From a virus (lineage: Duplodnaviria; Heunggongvirae; Uroviricota; Caudoviricetes): DNA of 64,000 nt. The stretch covers positions 1-64,000 of the IMG/VR virus record IMGVR_UViG_2684623133_000001; one strand, 5' to 3'. Shown here piece after piece: positions 1-8,611 of the stretch. Position 1 is the first letter of the stretch, and each line of letters starts with the position of its first letter. A program made the translations under genes and the position numbers. The notes below the pieces were generated by a model that saw only the letters and a list, made by a program, of their open reading frames with translations, searched no databases and was not told the DNA's origin.

Positions 1-1044
1 CTAGCGCCAGGTGCGCGCGAACTTCAGGAACGCGTCGTTCTCCATCGGTGCCCCGATGGTCACCCGGACTCCGTCAGTGCCAAAGGGGCGCACGATGATT
101 CGAGCCTCCGCGGAGGCCTGGGCGAATTCGGTGGAGCGCTCACCCAGCGGCAACCACACGAAGTTCGCCTGCGACGGCGGCACCTGATAGCCGGCTTCCC
201 GCAGTGCGCTGGTCACCCGGGCGCGTTCGGTGACAACGTCATTGGTGCGCGCGAGCAGCTCCTCGGCGGCGCCGAGGGAAGCCACCGCGGCGGCTTGCGC
301 GAGGCTCGACGCACTGAACGGTACGTACACCTTGCCCAGTGTGGTGATCACATCGGGATCGCCGACCGCGTAGCCGACTCGCAGCCCTGCCAGGCCGTAC
401 GCCTTCGAGAAGGTGCGCAAGACAACGACATTGGGGTGCTCACGCACCAGTGCGAGGCTGTCGGTGAAGTCCTCGCGTACGTACTCGACGTATGCCTCGT
501 CGATCGCGATCAGGATATGCGGCGGCACCGACTCGACGAACCGCCGCAGTTCGGCGGGCCGCACCACGGTGCCGGTCGGGTTGTTGGGGTTGCAGACGAA
601 GATCAGCCGGGTGACGTCGGTCACGGCGGCCGCCATGGCGGCGAGGTCATAGGTGTGGTCGACCAGCGGTACCGGCACCGGAGTCGCCCCCGCGACCCGC
701 ACCACCAACGGATAGGTCTCAAAGGACCGCCAGCCGAACAGCACCTCGTCGCCCACCGTTGCGGTGATCTGGACCAGCTGCTGGCATAGGCTCACCGACC
801 CGCACCCCACCGCGATGTGCTCGGGTGGCATGTCGACGTGCTTGGCCAGGTGCGAGCGCAGCTCGGCGTAGCCGTTATCGGGGTACCGATTGATTAGCGA
901 TCCCGCCTCGGCGAGGGCGGCCCGCACGCTCGGCAGTGGTTCCTGCACGGTCTCATTACTGGCGAGCTTGATGGCGCCGGGGACGTTTCGGCCCGGTGTG
1001 TAGGCCGGTAGTTCGGTCAGCTCGGGGCGAAGTCGTGCGGGCAC
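1..1044 (-). CDS. hisC: Class II PLP aminotransferase, histidinol-phosphate/aromatic aminotransferase family (HisC/Pat-like); host chromosomal gene
   Basis: Complete 347-aa ORF from the track. Motifs NPNNPTG and SFSKAYGLAGLRVGY are typical of the HisC family and resemble mycobacterial HisC2/Pat. Confidence 0.85.
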   Translation of the reverse strand: MPARLRPELTELPAYTPGRNVPGAIKLASNETVQEPLPSVRAALAEAGSLINRYPDNGYAELRSHLAKHVDMPPEHIAVGCGSVSLCQQLVQITATVGDEVLFGWRSFETYPLVVRVAGATPVPVPLVDHTYDLAAMAAAVTDVTRLIFVCNPNNPTGTVVRPAELRRFVESVPPHILIAIDEAYVEYVREDFTDSLALVREHPNVVVLRTFSKAYGLAGLRVGYAVGDPDVITTLGKVYVPFSASSLAQAAAVASLGAAEELLARTNDVVTERARVTSALREAGYQVPPSQANFVWLPLGERSTEFAQASAEARIIVRPFGTDGVRVTIGAPMENDAFLKFARTWR

Positions 1045-1180
1045 GTCACCAGACTATCGGGGCACGTGGGGCCCGATGACGACCAACGGCTTTGCCTTTG
1101 GGGCGCGCGGCCCTGTACTCTGTGCCCTCGGCGGTTCGGGATCCATTTTTATGGGTTCGGAGTCCCGCTCAGGAAGTTCA

Positions 1181-1269
1181 GGAGGCGTGCCAGAGCGGCC
1201 GAATGGGACTCACTGCTAATGAGTTGTCCCCTTTACGGGGGACCGGAGGTTCAAATCCTCTCGCCTCCG
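1181..1269 (+). tRNA. tRNA-Ser (anticodon GCT), long variable arm
   Basis: GGAGGCG...CGCCTCC acceptor stem. Anticodon loop is cTGCTAa. A long extra arm is present, with a GGTTCAAATCC T-loop. No CCA is encoded. Confidence 0.9.
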
Positions 1270-1317
1270 CGTCGGTCTGCAGGCCAAACCTGTTGACCTG
1301 CAACAATTGAATAGTAA

Positions 1318-1393
1318 GCGCCCGTAGCTCAACGGATAGAGCATCTGACTACGGATCAGAAGGTTAGGGGTTCGAATCCCTTCGGGCGCACCA
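1318..1393 (+). tRNA. tRNA-Arg (anticodon ACG), CCA encoded
   Basis: GCGCCCG/CGGGCGC acceptor stem. D-arm is TAGCTCAACGGATAGAGC. Anticodon loop is CTACGGA. T-loop is GGTTCGAATCC. Terminal CCA is encoded. Confidence 0.9.
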
Positions 1394-1658
1394 CAGAAGG
1401 CCCGTCGCCCTCGGGCGGCTGCTCGCCTTCACCGTCGGCTAACCAACTCACTGGTACGCCACAGGCCAATGCCCAGGCATTAAGAACAATCTTCTTCGGG
1501 ACGGTTCGGCCCTTTTCGCAATTGCCAATAACCGACCGGCCGACCCCCATCATTTCGGCTAATTGCCTTTGATCTAGTTGGGCTTCTTCCCGTGCGATCT
1601 GTAGGCGGTATCGCAGACGCATTGGGGGGATGTTCCCTGTTTCGTATGCAACGGTCAT
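1356..1658 (-). CDS. XRE-family HTH repressor-like protein (prophage immunity repressor candidate); the ORF reads into the tRNA-Arg 3' end
   Basis: Track ORF 1356..1703. HTH motif QLDQRQLAEMMGVGRSVIGNCEKG. Start probably at the internal Met (1658 or 1622). The C-terminal codons are the reverse complement of the tRNA-Arg 3' half. Confidence 0.6.
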   Translation of the reverse strand: MTVAYETGNIPPMRLRYRLQIAREEAQLDQRQLAEMMGVGRSVIGNCEKGRTVPKKIVLNAWALACGVPVSWLADGEGEQPPEGDGPSVVRPKGFEPLTF

Positions 1659-1783
1659 ATGCGCATGGTATGCGCGTACGCGCACCCACGCAAGGTGGTG
1701 CAAATTGACCTAATCCGCAAACATCCCCTGATTGCTGCAAAGTCGACATAAGTTCACTAGCTGCGAAAACTTCCACAAGGGTG

Positions 1784-1812
1784 CTTGCGCGCACTATGCG
1801 AATATGCGCAAG
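1784..1812. promoter_or_regulatory. Candidate operator: 7-bp inverted repeat CTTGCGC-N15-GCGCAAG in the divergent repressor/cro intergenic region
   Basis: A perfect IR is seen in the sequence between the divergent HTH genes. An AT-rich TATGCGAATAT sits between the arms. Confidence 0.3.
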
Positions 1813-1820
1813 ATGGGCGT

Positions 1821-2054
1821 ATGGCCGCACCCACCGCTGAGACACCTGAGCAGCCAGACGAGATCACCGTCACTAAGGCCGCGACGACCTACAACGTCTC
1901 CAAACGGACTCTCCAGGCACTCGCCGTGTCCGGCCGCATCCCCGCCCGACTCGTCGGCAAGACCTACCTGCTCGACCACCAGGCCGTCCGCCTATATGCA
2001 CAGGCACGCCAGGCCACCCGCGACCTCAACGACTACGCCCAGGCCGCCTCATGA
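1821..2054 (+). CDS. HTH_17/excisionase-family DNA-binding protein (Cro/Xis-like)
   Basis: Track ORF 1785..2054. Motif TTYNVSKRTLQALAVSGRIPARLVGKTYLL is a typical excisionase/MerR-like HTH. Divergent from the repressor. Start likely at Met13 (1821). Confidence 0.55.
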   Translation: MAAPTAETPEQPDEITVTKAATTYNVSKRTLQALAVSGRIPARLVGKTYLLDHQAVRLYAQARQATRDLNDYAQAAS

Positions 2055-2950
2055 GCACCATCGCAGCCACCGCCATGTCCCCATCGGCCGCTCGTGACCT
2101 CACCGAGCGCATCCGCACCACAATTGACCGCACCTGGGACCTCATCGCCAAGGCATACACAGACCGCGCCTGGGCAGTCCTCGGATACCCGACCTGGGAC
2201 GTCTACTGCGAACGCGAGTTCGGGTCCACCTGGTTCAAGCTCCCCCGCGAGACCCGCGGCGAGGTAGTGCAGTCCCTGCGCGACCTCGGCCTGTCCACAC
2301 GTGCCATCGGCTCCGCAATAGGGGTCGATGACCGCACAGTCCGCCGCGACCTGTCAGGCGCGGCATCTGCCGCACCTGCGGCGGTCATGGGCACCGACGG
2401 CAAGACCTACGCGTCTACCCAGCCCGCTCGCCCTCACCTGGCCGTCGTGCCAGACCTCCCCACAACCGAAGACCACCCGGAGACCGCCCCCTTGCCCCAC
2501 GGCGGGACGGCCTCCGGGCCACCACTGACCCCGTCGCTACTCATTTCCGGCGACGGGTACTCAGTCGTGCACAACGCACCCCAAGCCGACGGCGTCGAGC
2601 CACAGCTCACGTCCTTCGCCATCTGCCACTGCGGCGCCCGAGCCGACCTGTACGACAACGCCACCCAAGAGGACCGCGAGCGGTTCGACGAGTTCGGCGT
2701 CATACACGACCAATGCCCTGAGCAAGACGATCCGGAGCCCGAGACCGCGCCCGCCCCGGCGCGCCGGAAGCCGATTACAGACTCCTTCGACGACGCCACC
2801 ACGGCAGTCACGAAGGCGGTGAAGCGGGTAGAGGCACTGGCGGCTGACGACCGCTTCGACAAGAACGCGGACCAACTCGCCCTACGCAAGAGCGACCTGG
2901 TCCGCGCACGGGACGCGCTGCAACGCGTCATCGAGAAGTTCCCCTCGTAA
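2051..2950 (+). CDS. Hypothetical phage early protein with HTH-like segment (LGLSTRAIGSAIGVDDRTVRRDL)
   Basis: 299-aa ORF. ATGA overlap with the upstream stop. Confidence 0.5.
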   Translation: MSTIAATAMSPSAARDLTERIRTTIDRTWDLIAKAYTDRAWAVLGYPTWDVYCEREFGSTWFKLPRETRGEVVQSLRDLGLSTRAIGSAIGVDDRTVRRDLSGAASAAPAAVMGTDGKTYASTQPARPHLAVVPDLPTTEDHPETAPLPHGGTASGPPLTPSLLISGDGYSVVHNAPQADGVEPQLTSFAICHCGARADLYDNATQEDRERFDEFGVIHDQCPEQDDPEPETAPAPARRKPITDSFDDATTAVTKAVKRVEALAADDRFDKNADQLALRKSDLVRARDALQRVIEKFPS

Positions 2951-2970
2951 CCACAACAAGGAGTTGCTTC

Positions 2971-3834
2971 ATGTCGAATGCTATACCGCTGCACCGGCCC
3001 CCGGCCATCACGACGGACATCGAAACCATCGACGGCACGACCGCCGACGAATACCTCAAGTTCAACACCCACAACCGGCCCCTCAACGAGCGCAAGGTCA
3101 TCCAGCTGGCCGCCGACATGGAGGCAGGCCGTTGGCAGATGAACGGCGAGGCAATCAAATTCGATACCGCAGGCGCCCTGCTGGACGGCCAACACCGCCT
3201 CCACGCGATCTCCCTGTGCGGTGTATCCATCGACTCGGTCGTAATCCGCAACCTGCCGCCGGAAACCCAGATCACCATGGACCAGGGCACCAAACGGTCA
3301 CCCAGCGACCAACTCAACCTGTCCGGCATCACCGCCTCCAAGTCCGACGCTTCGGCCGTCAAGACGCTGATCATCTGGGAGCGCGGCTGGTTCTACACCG
3401 ACCGCGCCACCGGCTCGGTCACCAGCTCTGAGATTGTCGAGTGGACCCTTGCCAACCCCGACACTTTTGAGTTGATCAGGCGCGGCACCCACTACACGCG
3501 CATCAAGGCGCGCCGCGGACTCATCATGGCCGTCTACGCAGGCATCGGACGCATCCACGGCGTGGAGGTCACCTCAGAATTCTTCCAACGCACCCTCGAC
3601 GGCGTTGGCCTCGAAATCGGATCGCCAATCCTTGCACTGCGCAACAGGTTTGATCGCGTCCGCGGTGAAGGCTTCAAGATGCCCGACGCCGAGGCCATCG
3701 GCTATTTCGTCGCCGCCTTCAACCACTGGCTATCCGACCACCACGTGGCCCGGTTGCAGCAGCCCAAGGGAGGCTGGAACAAGACCAACTTCCCGCAGCT
3801 CGTCGGCGCACCGGCCCAGGAAGTACTCCGGTGA
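2971..3834 (+). CDS. ParB-like nuclease domain protein
   Basis: N-terminal ParB/Srx-like motif ERKVIQLAADMEAGRWQMNGEAIKFDTAGALLDGQHRLHAI. Confidence 0.6.
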   Translation: MSNAIPLHRPPAITTDIETIDGTTADEYLKFNTHNRPLNERKVIQLAADMEAGRWQMNGEAIKFDTAGALLDGQHRLHAISLCGVSIDSVVIRNLPPETQITMDQGTKRSPSDQLNLSGITASKSDASAVKTLIIWERGWFYTDRATGSVTSSEIVEWTLANPDTFELIRRGTHYTRIKARRGLIMAVYAGIGRIHGVEVTSEFFQRTLDGVGLEIGSPILALRNRFDRVRGEGFKMPDAEAIGYFVAAFNHWLSDHHVARLQQPKGGWNKTNFPQLVGAPAQEVLR

Positions 3835-3906
3835 TCCGCGAGGTAGTCGTACCGCTTGTCTGGATGCTCCTGTTCGGCGCATTCATCGGCGCCGTCTTGA
3901 TGGCCA

Positions 3907-4287
3907 GTGTCATGGCGGCCCGGTGATGACATGGCGCGCATCCACGAACGCCCCGAGTTGCCAATGCATCTCGTCGACATCACCGGCGATCACACCGTCG
4001 CCGAGGCCGCGCGCCTGCTATCCCTTGACCCGTCCATCAGTATCGGCCGCGACCAGCTATTCGACGCCATGGAGGACGAGGACTGGATCTTCCGCGGCCG
4101 TGACCACCGATGGATCGCCTACGCCGAAGCCGTAACGCTCGGCTACCTCGCACTCCATGACGGAGGCGAATACCAAACGCCCACAGGGCAAACCAAAGAA
4201 CGACCCAAACAGATTTACCTAACCCCTAACGGGGTCGCGGAAATGCACTACCGCCTCGGCGGCAGCCAACAGCTAGCACTCACCTGA
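3907..4287 (+). CDS. Hypothetical protein
   Basis: 126-aa ORF from the track. Start may be at the internal Met (about 3931). Confidence 0.4.
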   Translation: MSWRPGDDMARIHERPELPMHLVDITGDHTVAEAARLLSLDPSISIGRDQLFDAMEDEDWIFRGRDHRWIAYAEAVTLGYLALHDGGEYQTPTGQTKERPKQIYLTPNGVAEMHYRLGGSQQLALT

Positions 4288-4452
4288 TCAACCACCTACT
4301 CAGCACGAGGAGACAGCCATGCCCATACGTGAAACCAAGTGGTGGCGCCGCGCCCTATTCGGTGTCCAACCAACACCACCTCCGGTGCCGCCGAGCCCTA
4401 ACCCAATCTGGGACGAGCTGACCGCCAAGCACGGCAGCCCGGCCGAAATCTG

Positions 4453-5079
4453 GTGTGCAGCAGCATGATTGAAAACACCTCGCAACGCCACCCCATCGAA
4501 CATCTGGTCGGCTGCCTCGACGGCAACACCTCCAACTACATCGAGGGCATGGAGCGGTCCGGGCAACAGCAGCTCCTCAAATCCGACCTCCTCCCTGCCG
4601 ACGCCGGGCGGGTGTGGTCAGGTGAGGGCGACGGAATGCTCGGCATCAATGGCTGGGATGTTCTGGAACAGTGGGGATTCCAACGCGGCGAAAGTGTCGA
4701 GGCTGACCCACTGTTCGTCTGCGCCACCCTCCCGCAGGGGTGGTCGCGCAAGGGCAGCGAACACGCCATGCACTCAACCATCGTCGACGACCGCGGCGTA
4801 GAACGCGTCAGCGTCTTCTACAAGGCCGCCTTCTACGACCGCCGGGCCAGTATGTCCGTGATCACCGACCCCGGGGGCAACCTCGGAAGCAACGCGATCT
4901 ATGGCGCCGCCGCCGTGGCCCTGCCGGATGAGTGGTCGGTGCTCACCGCCGAAGAACGCGAGGGATTCCGAGGCGCGCTCGACGGCTATCTACGGCGTGC
5001 CGACGAGTATCCAGACATCTACGGGGACCGGGTGCCCCGAGTACGCGACCTCGTGGCACTGGTGGAGGCCGCAGCATGA
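4453..5079 (+). CDS. Hypothetical protein
   Basis: 208-aa ORF. Stop overlaps the next start (ATGA). Confidence 0.5.
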   Translation: MCSSMIENTSQRHPIEHLVGCLDGNTSNYIEGMERSGQQQLLKSDLLPADAGRVWSGEGDGMLGINGWDVLEQWGFQRGESVEADPLFVCATLPQGWSRKGSEHAMHSTIVDDRGVERVSVFYKAAFYDRRASMSVITDPGGNLGSNAIYGAAAVALPDEWSVLTAEEREGFRGALDGYLRRADEYPDIYGDRVPRVRDLVALVEAAA

Positions 5080-5375
5080 TGCGCCGACTTCCCACCGTGG
5101 CTATGGCCGCCGTACTGGCGCTCGCGACCGCAGCGCCAGCATCGGCCGACCGGGTCAACGACGTCGCCAACGACATCGGCGGCGCAGTCTGCGTCATCGT
5201 CGGCGCCGACCCAACCTTCCACGGCATCAACAGCATCGGACAGGCCCTCAACCAGCGCGGGTTCACCGACCAGGCCGCCGGACGCGTCATCGCCCTCTCC
5301 GTATCTGCCTACTGCCCATGGCATCAGCCACTCATCGACCTGTACACCAAGGCCGCCCGCTGGAGGTCAGCGTGA
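5076..5375 (+). CDS. Small secreted protein (N-terminal signal peptide)
   Basis: MMRRLPTVAMAAVLALATAAPASA signal-like N-terminus. In frame within track ORF 4932..5375. Confidence 0.5.
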   Translation: MMRRLPTVAMAAVLALATAAPASADRVNDVANDIGGAVCVIVGADPTFHGINSIGQALNQRGFTDQAAGRVIALSVSAYCPWHQPLIDLYTKAARWRSA

Positions 5376-5944
5376 GCCGTGACGTGTGGGTCGTCGACCT
5401 GGAAACAACCGGACTAGACCGGAATATCCACCTCCCAGTCGAAGTGGCGGCCGTGAACCTCAAGACCGGGCGCGAAATCCGCTTCGTGCCCTTCATCACC
5501 GGAGATGAGCTGGGCAAGGCAGACCGGGAAGCCATGCGGATCAACATGTACTACGAGCAGGGCCTGTACAAGGACCAGCTTGACCGCGACACGTCAATCC
5601 GCTGCTACCAAGACGTTTTCGAGCTGCTACAAGGGCAGACCCTGGCAGGCGCAAATCCCCGGTTTGACGCCGACATGCTGCTGATCGGCTACGAGTGGCT
5701 ACTCCAGCAGGAGCCGCGGCTACCCGGTAGCAGCACTCGCGTAGAGGCGCCATGGCATCACCGTCTAGCAGACGTATGCGCCTACGCCGCAGGAACTCTC
5801 AACATCGCCCCCGACGACATACCCGGCCTCGCCGGGGTGTGCCAACTACTCGGCGTCACCAATGAGGCCGAGCACACCGCGCTGGGAGACGCCCGCGCGA
5901 CCGTCGAATGCTTCCGCCGCCTCTACCCCGGGAAGGACCAATGA
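5372..5944 (+). CDS. DnaQ-like DEDDh 3'-5' exonuclease
   Basis: Exo I motif VVDLETTGL and Exo III motif HTALGDARAT. GTG start overlaps the upstream stop (GTGA). Confidence 0.75.
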   Translation: MSRDVWVVDLETTGLDRNIHLPVEVAAVNLKTGREIRFVPFITGDELGKADREAMRINMYYEQGLYKDQLDRDTSIRCYQDVFELLQGQTLAGANPRFDADMLLIGYEWLLQQEPRLPGSSTRVEAPWHHRLADVCAYAAGTLNIAPDDIPGLAGVCQLLGVTNEAEHTALGDARATVECFRRLYPGKDQ

Positions 5945-6195
5945 ACGACCCCGTCGCACGCCACAACCAACTGGTGAGCAAGAACATCGAGATCGCCACG
6001 AGCAAGTTGTCTCCCATGGAGCGGCTCCGGAAGCAAGCAGCCGCCAATTCCAGCACCCTCGGGTACGCCGTCTTCCTGGGACTGCAACGACAGGCCAACA
6101 CCTACGCCGGGACAGTGCCCGCTGACGAGGTCCAGCGTCGGCGCCGCCGGAACCGCGCGGCCCGCAAGGCGCGCCGTAGGAACCGCGCGTCATGA
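5941..6195 (+). CDS. Hypothetical protein with Arg-rich C-terminus
   Basis: ATGA coupling to the upstream gene. C-terminal RRRRRNRAARKARRRNR. Confidence 0.45.
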   Translation: MNDPVARHNQLVSKNIEIATSKLSPMERLRKQAAANSSTLGYAVFLGLQRQANTYAGTVPADEVQRRRRRNRAARKARRRNRAS

Positions 6196-6977
6196 GGAAG
6201 GAATGCACCCGGCCCAACTGCACCGAGTTGGTACAGGCCCGCGGACTGTGCCCGACTCACTACGCCAAGTACCGGCGCCTCGCTGTCTCCGACGGCCGCT
6301 GGAGCCCGCTGCACGTACCGGCCGACGACACCCGCACCCGCGTCCTCGCCCTGATGGCGGCGGGGGTCGGCATATCCCGGATCGCGGAACTTGCCGGAGT
6401 TACCCACCGGGCCATCGACTTCCTGACCCGGGAAGACCAGCGCCTGGTGAAACGAACCACCCGCGCCGCAATCCTCGCTATACCGGTGCCCGTGTGTCCG
6501 TTTGGGCCACAGATGGCCGCTGGCGCGCGGATAGATGCCACCGGTTCACGGCGCCGCGTTCTCGCCCTCTCCGCTGTCGGATGGTCGCAGCAGCACCTCT
6601 CGGTGCGCCTCGGGCTACACCCCGGCCGCCTGTCCAAGGTCGCAACCGGCGCCGTCAAGAAGGTCACGGTGTCACGCGCCCGAGAGATCGACGCCCTGTA
6701 CCGCGAGTTACAGGAAGTACCAGGTCCTTCCAACGTCGCACGGCGCATCGCCACGCAGAGGGGATGGCCGCCGCCAGTGGCATGGGACGACACCGAAATC
6801 GACGACCCCGCCGCAACGGCCCACATCCGCGGAGGACAGGTCGTATGGATCGACCTCTACCGCGACTACCTCGACCTCGGATTGTCCAACGACCAGATCG
6901 CCGAACGCATGGGAGTCACAACGGAATCCGTCGAAGCACGGCTCAAGCGGCTACGCAAGAAGGGCATAGCGGCATGA
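6192..6977 (+). CDS. DNA-binding protein: N-terminal Cys4 zinc finger plus three HTH-like repeats (possible transcription regulator)
   Basis: CTRPNCTELVQARGLCPTHY. Repeated HTH-like segments. C-terminal sigma-region-4-like segment LSNDQIAERMGVTTESVEARLKRLRKKG. Confidence 0.5.
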   Translation: MRKECTRPNCTELVQARGLCPTHYAKYRRLAVSDGRWSPLHVPADDTRTRVLALMAAGVGISRIAELAGVTHRAIDFLTREDQRLVKRTTRAAILAIPVPVCPFGPQMAAGARIDATGSRRRVLALSAVGWSQQHLSVRLGLHPGRLSKVATGAVKKVTVSRAREIDALYRELQEVPGPSNVARRIATQRGWPPPVAWDDTEIDDPAATAHIRGGQVVWIDLYRDYLDLGLSNDQIAERMGVTTESVEARLKRLRKKGIAA

Positions 6978-7186
6978 CAGCACGCAAGAAGGCCAAGCCG
7001 CTACCGGGTGCCATAACCACCCAGAAACGCAACGACGGCACCGGTTGGAGCTGGCGCTGGCTCTCCAACAAGGGCAACGTGCACTTTCACCCGGGACCGT
7101 TCCCAACCACCACCGCTGCGCGCGCCGCAGCCCGTAAGTGGGTACGAGACAAAGTGCTTCGCGAGGCCCCCGGTGACGACGAATGA
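6974..7186 (+). CDS. Small AP2-like DNA-binding domain protein
   Basis: 70 aa. GWSWRWLSNKGNVHFHPGPFPTTTAARAAARKW resembles an AP2/integrase-type DNA-binding fold. ATGA coupling. Confidence 0.4.
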   Translation: MTARKKAKPLPGAITTQKRNDGTGWSWRWLSNKGNVHFHPGPFPTTTAARAAARKWVRDKVLREAPGDDE

Positions 7187-7368
7187 GCGCGCGGCGACGC
7201 TGCCCAGTATGCGGTGCAACCGTGTTCCGCACACCCAACGGCAACGTCCTCACACACCACGACCCACACGGCATCGCGCGCTGCCCCATGTCGGGCGACA
7301 GGTTCGAGATTTGCGAGCCGTGGACCCCACGCGTCAAACACCTTTGGGAACGGCGCGCCGCAGCGTGA
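7183..7368 (+). CDS. Small Cys-rich (zinc-ribbon-like) protein
   Basis: 61 aa with CPVCG...CP. Coupled starts. Confidence 0.4.
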   Translation: MSARRRCPVCGATVFRTPNGNVLTHHDPHGIARCPMSGDRFEICEPWTPRVKHLWERRAAA

Positions 7369-7715
7369 CAACCGACGACATCTGGGCAGAGCCGTACATC
7401 ACCGAGTGGAACGAAGACCTGACCCGTGAACACGTCAAGGGCCGGTCAATGGGCTGGTGCGAGTGGTGTGGCAAGCAGCACGGGACTGACATGCACCACC
7501 GCCGCAATCGTTCACAGGGCGGTGGCTGGCACCCCGCCAACATCGTGCACCTGTGCCGCGACTGCCACCACTGGGTCACCACCAACCCGGCGGACGCCGA
7601 AGCAGTCGGACTCACCCTCACCCACGGCCAGGACCTATACGACACCCCCATCGCGCTACCGCTGCACGACATCTACCTGCACGACAACTACCTACCGAAG
7701 GGCCGCAACGCATGA
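7365..7715 (+). CDS. HNH endonuclease
   Basis: CEWCG...HHRRNRSQGG...NIVHLCRDCHHW is an HNH motif with a zinc ligand set. Confidence 0.75.
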   Translation: MTTDDIWAEPYITEWNEDLTREHVKGRSMGWCEWCGKQHGTDMHHRRNRSQGGGWHPANIVHLCRDCHHWVTTNPADAEAVGLTLTHGQDLYDTPIALPLHDIYLHDNYLPKGRNA

Positions 7716-8611
7716 CCGCCGCCGACGTGAAGCTGATACCCGCCGTGGACGGCGTGTACGCCGGTATCCCCGACGAGGCGTACCACGCCGACCGAGCCAG
7801 CCTGTCGTCATCAGGTGCACGTTCCCTGCTGTCACCGTCCTGCCCGGCGATCTTTCACCACGAGCAACAGCAGCCGCCGAAGCCGAAGAAGCAGTACGAC
7901 TTTGGGCACGCCGCACACAAGTACGTGCTGGGCGAAGGCAGCGAGATCGCAGTCTTGGACCCCGCGGTGCACGGATTGAACAAGGACGGCACACCGTCCA
8001 AGGCGCCGACACACACCGCCATGTGGCAGCAGGCCGTCGACGAGGCACGCCAGCGCGGCCAGGTACCCATGAGCGTTGACGAGGACACCAAGGCCCGGGC
8101 GATGGCGGCGAAGGTCCGCGAACACCCACTGGCCGCCGCACTGCTGTCAGATGGCACCCCGGAGTTGTCCGGGTACTGGCACGACCCAGAAACCGGTGTC
8201 CGGCTCCGCTTCCGGCCTGACTGGCTGCCCAACCCCGGCCGCGGACGTCTCGTTGTCGTCGACTACAAAACGAGCACCAGTGCCAGCCCCGCTCACTTCG
8301 CCAAGGCCGCAGCCGAATACGGATACCACCAACAGGTTCCCTGGTACCTCGACGGACTTGCCGCCGCTGAAATCTCGGATGATGCCGCGTTCGTATTCAT
8401 CGTCCAGTCGAAGGACGCCCCATACCTGGTGTCCGTCATGGAACTTGACCCGCAGGCCGTCGACCTTGGCCGCCGCCGCAACCGCAAGGCCATCGACCTC
8501 TACGCCCGATGCGTCGCCAACGACCACTGGCCGGACTACGGCCAGGGCATCCACCCCGTATCCCTACCCAACTATGCCGTCTACAGCCAAGAAGGAGACC
8601 TAGACCAGTGA
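7712..8611 (+). CDS. RecE-like/Cas4-family PD-(D/E)XK exonuclease (phage recombination exonuclease)
   Basis: VVVDYKTS core motif. Sits immediately upstream of RecT, which is the canonical phage Exo-RecT order. Confidence 0.65.
   Translation: MTAADVKLIPAVDGVYAGIPDEAYHADRASLSSSGARSLLSPSCPAIFHHEQQQPPKPKKQYDFGHAAHKYVLGEGSEIAVLDPAVHGLNKDGTPSKAPTHTAMWQQAVDEARQRGQVPMSVDEDTKARAMAAKVREHPLAAALLSDGTPELSGYWHDPETGVRLRFRPDWLPNPGRGRLVVVDYKTSTSASPAHFAKAAAEYGYHQQVPWYLDGLAAAEISDDAAFVFIVQSKDAPYLVSVMELDPQAVDLGRRRNRKAIDLYARCVANDHWPDYGQGIHPVSLPNYAVYSQEGDLDQ

Noticed and set aside
1066-1310. Plus-strand ORFs 1066..1296 and 1092..1310
   Set aside because: They overlap the tRNA-Ser gene and run to the edge of tRNA-Arg (which begins at 1318). 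They are spurious.
2434-3204. 256-aa minus-strand ORF overlapping the early genes at 2051 and 2971
   Set aside because: It is antisense to genes with better support, including the ParB motif. It has a low-complexity product and no coupling signals.
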